IMG/VR virus record: IMGVR_UViG_3300032373_000071
Location: 1-34,201 of that record
Origin: a virus
Taxonomy: Duplodnaviria; Caudoviricetes
Reading direction: 5' to 3' (one strand)
Length of the DNA stretch: 34,201 nucleotides
In this document: piece by piece, positions 8,223 through 16,067 of the stretch
How the letters are laid out: each line of letters opens with the position of its first letter
Position numbering within the stretch: position 1 is the stretch's first letter
Translations under genes and position numbers: made by a program
Notes under the pieces: generated by a model
Seen by the model: only the letters and a program-made list of their open reading frames with translations
What the model was told of the DNA's origin: nothing
Database searches by the model: none

Positions 8223-8506
8223 TACTCGTTCTCCTCCGTGCATCGCACGCAATTCGGTCCATGCCGGTCGCCCTTCGGAGCGTCGGCCACGTACTCAGAC
8301 CAGTCCCAGGACTCGTCCGGCTCGATCCCGGCGTGCTCCTGCTTGGCCCCACAGAGCCAGCAGGGCTGCTCAGACCGCTCCAGGGTCGCCTCCCGCGCAT
8401 CCGGGCGACAACCGGCGTGGTAGCCGTCGTCGTCGCTCTCCGTGGCGTGGGCCGGCTCTCCGCACCCAGGACACAGCTCCAGCTCGTACAGCTCAGGGTC
8501 GCGCAT
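8222..8506 (-). CDS. Small Cys/His-rich (zinc-finger-like) protein
   Basis: Start moved to ATG 8506 (GGAGG SD); CPGC, HAGC, CWLC and CVRC pairs. Confidence 0.7.
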   Translation of the reverse strand: MRDPELYELELCPGCGEPAHATESDDDGYHAGCRPDAREATLERSEQPCWLCGAKQEHAGIEPDESWDWSEYVADAPKGDRHGPNCVRCTEENE

Positions 8507-8507
8507 C

Positions 8508-8714
8508 CTACTGGCCCTCCTCGTTCGGGATCCAGATCCAGGCCTGGACAAAGCAGCCCCCTTCGGGCTCGCAATGGATCACGCCTGCCGTCTCGGTCAC
8601 GTCATGCTCCCCACGCTCGTCAGAGCCAGGGAGCTGCTTCAGGAGCACAGCGGCACGCTCGCGAGCCCGCTCGTCGCGCACCTCTTCGTCGGTCGGGGGC
8701 TGGATGTACCTCAC
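8508..8714 (-). CDS. Small conserved-looking phage protein
   Basis: GTGA overlap; C-terminal GCFVQAWIWIP motif. Confidence 0.7.
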   Translation of the reverse strand: MRYIQPPTDEEVRDERARERAAVLLKQLPGSDERGEHDVTETAGVIHCEPEGGCFVQAWIWIPNEEGQ

Positions 8715-9076
8715 TGGTCGCCCCCCTTCATCTCCCGCTCCAGAGACCCGATCACCTTCTCGCCCTCGGTGACAGCGCTAAAGCCCTTCACGCACTCCCG
8801 CATCGAGGCGTCCAGGGTCTCAGGCTTGATCGACCGGCTGGAGAGCTGCGCCATGATCCCCATCGCCGCCGCCACGCTCGAACGGATGATCTCAGCCCCC
8901 GCCTTCTGCTGCGCGATCAACCCCGCCAGCACGGTCCCCTTCGGGATACTCGCCTCTGGCATCAGGCACATCGCACGGGTGATCTGCTCACAAGCGAGGA
9001 GCTTCGTCATCGCCACCCCCATCGCAGCGTGCTCTGCCTCCGTCCAGTCCCCGCGCATCTTGATCGGTTCGCTCAT
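8711..9076 (-). CDS. Hypothetical protein
   Basis: AGGAGG SD; overlaps both neighbours. Confidence 0.7.
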   Translation of the reverse strand: MSEPIKMRGDWTEAEHAAMGVAMTKLLACEQITRAMCLMPEASIPKGTVLAGLIAQQKAGAEIIRSSVAAAMGIMAQLSSRSIKPETLDASMRECVKGFSAVTEGEKVIGSLEREMKGGDQ

Positions 9077-9246
9077 CGCTGGTTCCTCCTCTGCTTTCCA
9101 AGGTCCACGGCGTAGCGCCGCTCTAGTTCGATCGCCTCGCGACGGGCTCCCCCGTCACGCCAATGCCAGCCCCACAGGAGCCCGAGCCCGAGCCCGGTCA
9201 CCAGGGTCGCCGCCTGCACCACAGTCTCGACACTGATCTGGATCAT
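9073..9246 (-). CDS. 57-aa single-TM protein (not in ORF track)
   Basis: Hand translation MIQISVETVVQAATLVTGLGLGLLWGWHWRDGGARREAIELERRYAVDLGKQRRNQR; ATGA overlaps at both ends. Confidence 0.65.
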   Translation of the reverse strand: MIQISVETVVQAATLVTGLGLGLLWGWHWRDGGARREAIELERRYAVDLGKQRRNQR

Positions 9247-9464
9247 GCGGGCACCCCCGTCTCGCCCAGCAGAACCAGGCAGAGCCCAGCCACAATCGCC
9301 TTTGCGATGGCGTCTCGCTCGTCCCAGCCCTCATCGTTCGGGTCCATCGCCGCATAGCTCTCCAGCTCGTGCAGCAGGTCCAGCTTGCGCAGCGCGCACC
9401 GGGCGTCCGCCGTCGCGCGCTTCAGAGCCCGATCCGGGCTTCGGTCCTTCTCGGAGTTCTTCAT
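9243..9464 (-). CDS. Hypothetical protein, first gene of the minus-strand operon
   Basis: AGGAAGAG upstream; 73 aa; coupled to next gene. Confidence 0.6.
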   Translation of the reverse strand: MKNSEKDRSPDRALKRATADARCALRKLDLLHELESYAAMDPNDEGWDERDAIAKAIVAGLCLVLLGETGVPA

Positions 9465-9676
9465 GTCTACTCTTCCTGTTGTGGCTCGCGCCGTATGCGC
9501 TCACCTGAGACCTCAAGTATCGGCTCACCGTCCCGCAGCGGTCCAACCGATTCGGTTTTTCCTTGCCGCACTCACCCCAAGCGGGGACAGTTCGGGTGCT
9601 CGTTCGCCCCTGAATGAGAGCCCCAACCGGGGGGCGATGTAAGCCCCTGCAAAGGCTAGGCTTACGCTGAGACTCC
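9465..9676. promoter_or_regulatory. Divergent control region between the minus-strand operon and the late operon
   Basis: Longest non-coding gap; lower GC; palindrome aaccga-t-tcggtt (9545-9557); two ccccaa(g/c)cgggg motifs; gtaagcc...ggcttac inverted repeat (9639-9665). Confidence 0.55.
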
Positions 9677-10210
9677 ATGAGCGACGACCTACCCCTCCAC
9701 TCCGCAGACTGGCCCAGGCTCAAGGAAGTGGGTCACGCCTACGATCCTGCCGTGGCGAAGCCTGCCTTCCTGGTGGTGCTGGAGCGCGAGGGGAACATCC
9801 AGGACGCCTGCCGCGCCTGCGCCGTGGACCGGGCCACAGTCCGCACCTGGAGGAAGAAGGATCCCGACTTCAACCGGGCCGTGGTCAACGCGAGGCGCTG
9901 CTGGAGCGAGGAGAGGGGCAACCTGCTGGAGAAGCACGCGCTCGACGTGGCGCTCAACGGCGGGAAGAACCAGTACGTGCATGACGGAGAGGTGCACACC
10001 CTGCGCCGGCACGATGGCAAGATCCTCCAGGCCGCGCTCCAGCAGTTCAGCGGGTGGGGCCAGGCCGAGCAGGCCGCCGCCTTCGTCAAGGAGTACATCC
10101 TGGTCGGCAAGGAGGGCGAGACGTACTCGCTGTCCGAGATGCTGAAGACCTACTTCGCCCCCCAGCTCAGGGAGGCCCGAGTCCTAGACCATGACGACGA
10201 CGATCACTGA
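9677..10210 (+). CDS. terS: Terminase small subunit
   Basis: FL..LEREGNIQDACRACAVDRATVRTWRKKDPDF HTH followed by helical oligomerisation region; first gene of late operon. Confidence 0.75.
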   Translation: MSDDLPLHSADWPRLKEVGHAYDPAVAKPAFLVVLEREGNIQDACRACAVDRATVRTWRKKDPDFNRAVVNARRCWSEERGNLLEKHALDVALNGGKNQYVHDGEVHTLRRHDGKILQAALQQFSGWGQAEQAAAFVKEYILVGKEGETYSLSEMLKTYFAPQLREARVLDHDDDDH

Positions 10211-11090
10211 CACGGTACGCGGCGTGGCCGTGCTCTCCCTCTCCGGCACGCGCTCCCTGGAGTGCGAGAGCAACTACGAGCTGCCGCTCTACCTGCGCCG
10301 GACTGACCCCGACACCGGGCTGGACGTGGGCGCGACCAACCTGCGGCCCTTCGACACGGCCACGACCCCCACGCCGGGCCTGGGCCTCACCTGGGAGCTG
10401 TGGGACAGCGACCGCGACAACCTGCTGGCCGAGGGCGCAGCCACGCAGCGGGGGGTGCGCGCGGCGCTCGAGATCACCATCGACACCATCCCGGCAGACA
10501 CGGACACGATGGTCATCGAGTACGTGAACCTCTCGAACCCGGACCTGCCGACGATCACGCAGCGCACGTACACGTTCGAGGCGACCGACCCGCCGACCGC
10601 GCTCTCCGGTGCGGACCAGATCCGCGTCGAGAGCGCGCTCTCCGGGTCTGCGGGGATCGGCACCGTGATCGACCGCCTGGTCAACGCCATCAACGGCACG
10701 CTCGACCCCGGCGACATCATGTCCGCAGGCCCAGGCACGCAGAGCTGCGAGGAGCTGGTCGCGTACCGCTCGCTGACGGACACGCTGGTCATCGAGGCCC
10801 GCGACGGCGGCACCTGGGGCAACATGAACGCGGTCACGACGACGGGCGGCTACCTGCCTGCGGCTGCCGACTTCACCGACGAGCCCCTGACTGGCGGCAC
10901 CGGCAAGCGGGGGATCGCGCTCACGATGGACGCGGGCGACCTCCCGAACACGCTCATCACCGCGCCGGACACGCAGCGGCGCTGCTACGCGGACCTGTTC
11001 GGGCTCTACTCCGACCACACGGCGGAAGCCCCGGCCCGCCTGAAGCTGGTCGCCAGCCCCGCGCAGCTGCACAAGACCGCCACCACCTGA
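10191..11090 (+). CDS. Putative virion structural protein (Thr/Asp-rich, beta-rich)
   Basis: IPADTDTMVI...RTYTF...RLVNAING...LTGG module recalled from phage tail proteins. Confidence 0.65.
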   Translation: MTTTITDTVRGVAVLSLSGTRSLECESNYELPLYLRRTDPDTGLDVGATNLRPFDTATTPTPGLGLTWELWDSDRDNLLAEGAATQRGVRAALEITIDTIPADTDTMVIEYVNLSNPDLPTITQRTYTFEATDPPTALSGADQIRVESALSGSAGIGTVIDRLVNAINGTLDPGDIMSAGPGTQSCEELVAYRSLTDTLVIEARDGGTWGNMNAVTTTGGYLPAAADFTDEPLTGGTGKRGIALTMDAGDLPNTLITAPDTQRRCYADLFGLYSDHTAEAPARLKLVASPAQLHKTATT

Positions 11091-11093
11091 TCG

Positions 11094-13001
11094 GTGACCC
11101 TCCCCGGCCCCACTGACCCGACCGCCCGAGGACGCATCCCCTTGAAACTACCCGTCAGCGTAGGAGGCAGCCCGGAGCTACAGCCCGTCCAGGTGGGCGG
11201 GCGCGAGCAGATCCGTGCGCAGCCCCCGCTGAACCTGGTGCTGTGGATGATGGACGACACGGGGCGCAGCCAGATGCCGTCCTACGACGACTTCAACCGC
11301 TGGCCGGGGACGTACCCCCACGCCTCGATGCCGCGGCTGGCCGGGTTCATCACGGAGGGCATCCGGTTCACGCAGGCAAGGGTGGACGCCAGGTGCGCGC
11401 CGACCAGGGCCGCGATCTTCACCGGCAGGCAGGGGCACCGGACCACGCTGCACCCGGACGGCACGGGCGTCGGAGACGTGATCGCCAACACGCCGGACAC
11501 CAACAGCCCCTTCCACATCGGGATCGTGGCCGAGCAGAACCCCTGGCCGGGCCTGGTCCGCGCCTCTGGAGCGCCCCACGGCACCGGGATGTTCGGCAAG
11601 TACCACCTGTACGAGTACCAGCCGGATGTCGTCACGGGCGAGGGCATCCTGAGCACCAGGCTCAACCCGCGCGCCATCGTGGACGAGGCTGGCTTTGATG
11701 TGGCACACGAATGCCTGCGCCTGGGCAACGGCCAGCCGCTCTACGGCTTCTTCAACTTCCCGTACAGCTACACGGACGCGGACGTGCATGAGGTGTACTA
11801 CGCGGGCGACTTCGAGGGCGACCTGCCGCCTGGCGCGCTGCCGCTGCCCGAGGGAGACGTGTACAGCCCGGCGTTGATGTACAAGAAGGCCACGTACTAC
11901 ATCGACGAGTGCGTGGCGGCGGGCAAGCCGTGGATCATCGACTGGGAGATGAACCTGATCCACGACCTGCTGCCCGCGATGGAGCCGGTGCAGCTCATGG
12001 TGGACCCGGCGAACCCCGATGGCGTGGAGGTGGCGCTGTTCTCCTGCTACACGCAAGCCGAGCTGATCCCGGACGCGGCGGGGAACAACGGGGAGACGGT
12101 GGACGGCGGGTACGACCGGTTCGGGCAGCCGGACGACGATCCGACCACGGGCGTCTACGGCCCGAGCGGCCAGGTGCACGTCGAGTGGCGGCGCGCGCGG
12201 GCCGCGCTGGAGGTGGTGGACACGCTGGCCGGGATGCTGAACGACTACGTGAAGGTGAACCACCCGCAGGAGTACGCGCGGACGCTGTGGATGCACTACA
12301 GCGACAACGGCGAGCTGCAACGCGCGGCGACCCCGCTCGAGACGCCTGAGTTCACGGACCTGTCAAGCGGCCCCGGCACGCCGTACTACAACTGCATCCC
12401 GCCGACGACGACCGGCGAGGTGAGCGCGACCGTCAGCGAGCTGTACCACGTGTACTCCGACGCGAAGGGCACGACGAAGGACGAGGGCATCCTCACCCCG
12501 CTGATCGTCTGGGGCGGGCCGCTGTCCAGCGATGTGCGCGGGCAGGACTGCGCCCGGTACGTGGACGCCTGCGACTTCTACCCGACCATCTTGGACATCG
12601 TGGCCCCTGGCTGGCGCGCGACCCTGGGGGCGACGGAGCTGGCGAAGATCGACGGCGAGAGCTTCTACGAGTCGTTCTGGAACCTGGCCGCGCCGAGCAA
12701 GCAGTTCACGACCCATTGCGTCTTCGAGCCTGGGTACGTGGATGACGTGGCCCAGGAGGTCACGCTGTACGACTTCAGCATCGTGGGCACGGAGTCCACG
12801 GTGTCGTCCGAGGGCTACAAGTTCCGGCGCATCTTCGAGACCGGCGAGACGGCGCAGACCTACCAGATGTTCAACCTGGCGACCGACCCGAAGGAGACGA
12901 CGAACGTGGCGAGCGGTGGATCGGCGGCGGACGTTCTCGCCTCTGCCGAGCTGCTTGGGCTGCACCAGGCCTTCTTCGGCCAACCCTTTGTGATCCCCTG
13001 A
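11094..13001 (+). CDS. Formylglycine-dependent (S1, arylsulfatase A-like) sulfatase
   Basis: NLVLWMMDDTG, EGIRFT, CAPTRAAIFTGR (CxPxR at 11394-11408), GKYHL, SDNG, KGT..DEGI.TPLIV, DFYPTILD, IDGESF, FNLATDPKETTNV. Confidence 0.92.
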   Translation: MTLPGPTDPTARGRIPLKLPVSVGGSPELQPVQVGGREQIRAQPPLNLVLWMMDDTGRSQMPSYDDFNRWPGTYPHASMPRLAGFITEGIRFTQARVDARCAPTRAAIFTGRQGHRTTLHPDGTGVGDVIANTPDTNSPFHIGIVAEQNPWPGLVRASGAPHGTGMFGKYHLYEYQPDVVTGEGILSTRLNPRAIVDEAGFDVAHECLRLGNGQPLYGFFNFPYSYTDADVHEVYYAGDFEGDLPPGALPLPEGDVYSPALMYKKATYYIDECVAAGKPWIIDWEMNLIHDLLPAMEPVQLMVDPANPDGVEVALFSCYTQAELIPDAAGNNGETVDGGYDRFGQPDDDPTTGVYGPSGQVHVEWRRARAALEVVDTLAGMLNDYVKVNHPQEYARTLWMHYSDNGELQRAATPLETPEFTDLSSGPGTPYYNCIPPTTTGEVSATVSELYHVYSDAKGTTKDEGILTPLIVWGGPLSSDVRGQDCARYVDACDFYPTILDIVAPGWRATLGATELAKIDGESFYESFWNLAAPSKQFTTHCVFEPGYVDDVAQEVTLYDFSIVGTESTVSSEGYKFRRIFETGETAQTYQMFNLATDPKETTNVASGGSAADVLASAELLGLHQAFFGQPFVIP

Positions 13002-13180
13002 TGAAAAGCCGATTCGAGAAGGACTGGGACGACGACCTGGTGCCGACGCCGCGCGCGGACGCATGGCGCAAGGCGCACAACGAGACGTGGGCGCGACTCA
13101 ACGCCAGCGTGAAGGAGTCGCTACAAGAGTGGGAGGACGACCTGTGGGCCGTGCCCGAATCACTCAAGGAGGGATCCTGA
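13001..13180 (+). CDS. 59-aa acidic Trp-rich hypothetical protein (not in ORF track)
   Basis: Hand translation MKSRFEKDWDDDLVPTPRADAWRKAHNETWARLNASVKESLQEWEDDLWAVPESLKEGS; TGATG overlaps at both ends. Confidence 0.6.
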   Translation: MKSRFEKDWDDDLVPTPRADAWRKAHNETWARLNASVKESLQEWEDDLWAVPESLKEGS

Positions 13181-13380
13181 TGGACAAGTTCACCGAGTTC
13201 GTGGAAGCCTCGATGCAGCCCGGCTGGGGCGAGGAGTTCCGCATGGACGAGTACCGCAAGCACGTGTTCCACCTGCGCGACGAGCCGATCACGGAGCACC
13301 TGCAACTGCGCATTCGCGCGGCGTACTACCGCGCCGAGCACCACTACCCCCGAGACTTCCGCCTGGGAAAGAGATTCTGA
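13180..13380 (+). CDS. Hypothetical protein
   Basis: Start moved to ATG 13180 (AAGGAGG SD, TGATG overlaps). Confidence 0.65.
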   Translation: MDKFTEFVEASMQPGWGEEFRMDEYRKHVFHLRDEPITEHLQLRIRAAYYRAEHHYPRDFRLGKRF

Positions 13381-13802
13381 TGGCATCCATCCGACGCACA
13401 AGCCCGCAGGGCATCGCCGCCCAGCTCGACCTGACTACCGACCTCAAGGTGATCCTGATCGAGGAGTCGAGCGACATCACGGACGCTCTCTGGAACACGG
13501 CGACGACCCTGGCCGACTTCTCGTACACCAAGGCCGTGACCGAGCAGACGGCTGCGAGCGTGACGCTGACGACCACGGGGTCTCAGGTGTACCTGAACCA
13601 CGACCCGGTGACGTTCTCGCTGCTCGCGGCGAACGTGCCGGACATCGAACACGTGCTGTACGCGCTCGACCTGACCGGCGCGGCGGCTGAGACTGACTGG
13701 GTGCCGCTCATCTGCGTGGACGTTGCCGCGCAGCCGGACGGCACGGACTACACCGTGGATCCGGGCGGCGGCCTGGTGATCTGGGAGACCGATTCCGAGT
13801 AA
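13380..13802 (+). CDS. Putative minor virion/tail component
   Basis: 140-aa acidic beta-rich protein; DLTTDLKVIL...DPVTF...PLICVD...PDG.DYTV pattern recalled from small tail-associated proteins. Confidence 0.65.
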   Translation: MASIRRTSPQGIAAQLDLTTDLKVILIEESSDITDALWNTATTLADFSYTKAVTEQTAASVTLTTTGSQVYLNHDPVTFSLLAANVPDIEHVLYALDLTGAAAETDWVPLICVDVAAQPDGTDYTVDPGGGLVIWETDSE

Positions 13803-14428
13803 TGGCTGACAACATCCGACTGAACCCTGGCGTGGCCGGCGACCTGATCGCCGCCGACGAGGTGAGCGCGAAGAAGTACCAGATCGTCAAGGTCGCCTGG
13901 GGCGCTGACGGCACGGCGACGGACATCACCGCAGAGAACCGGCTGCCCGTGGTGACCGAGGACTCGATCCACCTGCGGATCCACCAAGGGACGATGTACG
14001 CGGCGGGCTATCACGACATGGCTGTCGCGGACAACGCATCCATCGAGCTGCTGATCCAGATCGACGCCTCTCTGCACGCCCACACGCTGATGTCGGTCGC
14101 GGTGGGCGGGGACTCGGAGGCGTTCCTGTTCGAGGGGACCACGTTCTCGAACGCGGGGACTTCGATCACGCCCACGAACAAGAACCGCTCGAGCGCGAAC
14201 GTGGCCTCGACCACGGTGTCTCACTCCCCCACGCTCACGCTGGACGGGACGCAGATCGCGGGCGGGCTGATCCCTGGCGGGACGAAGGCGCAATCTGGAG
14301 GCGGCACGGGGGCCAGCTTCGCGGAGTGGCTGCTGGAGAACAGCGAGACCTACCTCATCCGGCTCACGAACCGGGCGGGCAACTCGCAGCCGCTCGGCAT
14401 CATCATCGACTTCTACGAAGCGGCCTAG
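13802..14428 (+). CDS. Putative virion fibre/decoration protein
   Basis: MADNIRLNPG..GD.IAADEV...YQIVKVAWGADGTATD...NRLPV N-terminus recalled from phage fibre-like proteins. Confidence 0.65.
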   Translation: MADNIRLNPGVAGDLIAADEVSAKKYQIVKVAWGADGTATDITAENRLPVVTEDSIHLRIHQGTMYAAGYHDMAVADNASIELLIQIDASLHAHTLMSVAVGGDSEAFLFEGTTFSNAGTSITPTNKNRSSANVASTTVSHSPTLTLDGTQIAGGLIPGGTKAQSGGGTGASFAEWLLENSETYLIRLTNRAGNSQPLGIIIDFYEAA

Positions 14429-15117
14429 TGGTCCTCGTCACCCTCATTCTGAACGGTCTCGGCACGCCTAGCAGCGTGAGCGCGATCGACTCCGGGCTCA
14501 TGCCGGTGACGCAGACGCGCATCCGGCGCGTGGGGGTGCCGGTCTCGGTGCACGTGCGCCTGGACGACCAGCTCGCCCCGGTGGTGAGCGATAGGGTCGG
14601 CCCGATCTACACGCAGCTCATCGAGCCCTTCGGGCCAGAGGCCGAGGGCACGGGCCTGGTGCCTACCGTCCAGGTGACCCTCGCGGGCCGCCACTTCTTC
14701 GACCAGGGGAACGACCCGACCATGACCAAGCGGTACAAGAGCAAGGAGGGCCAGGACGTGTGGGTGCGAGGGCGCATCACCTCCGCAGACCTGTCGCAAG
14801 TCCTTCAGACAGACGTGTTCGCCGTGGTCTTCCTGCTGTTCGACGAGAGCAGGGACGACTCAGCAGACCCGGTGCACCAGGAGGAGCTGGTGGTGGAGGA
14901 CTTCATCGGCACGGCCCTGGTGGTGGACGCCACGTGGAAGGCGGACGCGCAGGGGTACAGCTTCTCGCACCGGATCCAGGGGGATCTGCTGACGGAGGGA
15001 GGGCGGACCTACCGGGCCGAGTACACGGTGAAGACGAAGACCAAGGGGATGTGCGGCGTGGACCTGGAGATCAACACCATCCCCCGGCGAACGTCGCGGG
15101 CCTACTTCGGGAGCTGA
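14428..15117 (+). CDS. Hypothetical, probably virion-associated beta-sandwich protein
   Basis: GTG 14428 overlaps upstream TAG; C-terminal GYSFSH...GGRTYRAEYTV; start uncertain. Confidence 0.6.
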   Translation: MVLVTLILNGLGTPSSVSAIDSGLMPVTQTRIRRVGVPVSVHVRLDDQLAPVVSDRVGPIYTQLIEPFGPEAEGTGLVPTVQVTLAGRHFFDQGNDPTMTKRYKSKEGQDVWVRGRITSADLSQVLQTDVFAVVFLLFDESRDDSADPVHQEELVVEDFIGTALVVDATWKADAQGYSFSHRIQGDLLTEGGRTYRAEYTVKTKTKGMCGVDLEINTIPRRTSRAYFGS

Positions 15118-15118
15118 G

Positions 15119-15529
15119 ATGATGAGACGCGACCCGATGCCCCTGAACCTGCTCGACCTGGCCTTCGTGGCTGCGATCGCCGTGCTGATCGTGCTCATCG
15201 CGTCGAGCTGCCAGATGGTGCCGGCGACCGTGGGCGACCTGGAGAAGATGCGCGCGAGCTGGACGGGCCGGGAGAAGGTGCAGGCCGCGGCGACCGACGA
15301 GCTCGCCGCCGCCTACAACCGCCGCATGGACGCGGGGGACAAGCAGCACGCCGAGCGCCTGGCCGCCATCGAGGAGGAGGCCGAGGACCGCGCGATGCGC
15401 GTGCTCGAGATGGCCCTCCTGGGTGCGGTTGGCGTGACCGGCGCGGGTGGGGTGCTGCTCGACCAGCTGCGCGACCGGCGCAGGAAGAAGCGTGGAGAGA
15501 AGACCGAGACCAAGGAGGCTACGGCATGA
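15119..15529 (+). CDS. Putative unimolecular spanin-like protein
   Basis: Hydrophobic N-region ending IASS-C, coiled-coil middle, C-terminal TM (MALLGAVGVTGAGGVLL) followed by RDRRRKKR. Confidence 0.55.
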   Translation: MMRRDPMPLNLLDLAFVAAIAVLIVLIASSCQMVPATVGDLEKMRASWTGREKVQAAATDELAAAYNRRMDAGDKQHAERLAAIEEEAEDRAMRVLEMALLGAVGVTGAGGVLLDQLRDRRRKKRGEKTETKEATA

Positions 15530-15723
15530 CCGAACAACTGAAGTCAGAGATCGAACGCATCAAGTGGATGGAGCAGCGGGAGGCTGGTCGCTTCCTGCGC
15601 GAGAAGGACGCGCTGCCCCTGTCCGGCTATGAGAAGCGCGACCGTGACAAGGCTCGCGTGGAGCAGGCAGTCGCGTGGCTGCGCGAGCTGGCACCCGAGA
15701 AGCTGGCCGAGGTACCGGCATGA
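15526..15723 (+). CDS. Hypothetical protein
   Basis: AAGGAGG SD; ATGA overlaps. Confidence 0.7.
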   Translation: MTEQLKSEIERIKWMEQREAGRFLREKDALPLSGYEKRDRDKARVEQAVAWLRELAPEKLAEVPA

Positions 15724-16067
15724 GGTTCACGTACAGCAGCGAGGAGGCGAAGGACTGGCAGGCGGCCATCCGCAAGGCGCTCCAGGATCCCGAGGGGCCG
15801 ATCAGCCTCCGCACCGTGGGCAAGGCGCAGAAGGCCGACCGCAACACGGTGACGATGCATGAGAAGGTGGTCTCCAAGGCGACCGGGCGCGACCTGAGCG
15901 AGGAGCGCACGAAGGAGCTGCTGGAGCCGTACCTGGACGGCCCGGTCAGCCAGCCCTGGGTCGAGACCAACTGGGTGCGCGGCGTGCAGCCGGTGACGAA
16001 GCGGCTTGTCCACGGCCTTCGCCAGGTGGCGCGAACCGTGGACTCCATGAGGGGGCTCGCTCTCTGA
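15720..16067 (+). CDS. Hypothetical protein
   Basis: Start moved to ATG 15720 (GAGG SD, ATGA overlap). Confidence 0.65.
   Translation: MRFTYSSEEAKDWQAAIRKALQDPEGPISLRTVGKAQKADRNTVTMHEKVVSKATGRDLSEERTKELLEPYLDGPVSQPWVETNWVRGVQPVTKRLVHGLRQVARTVDSMRGLAL

Noticed and set aside
7447-9236. Long + strand ORFs (7447-8772, 7913-9115, 8442-9236)
   Set aside because: Ser/Arg/Pro-rich shadows of a coupled minus-strand operon that has SD sites and start-stop overlaps
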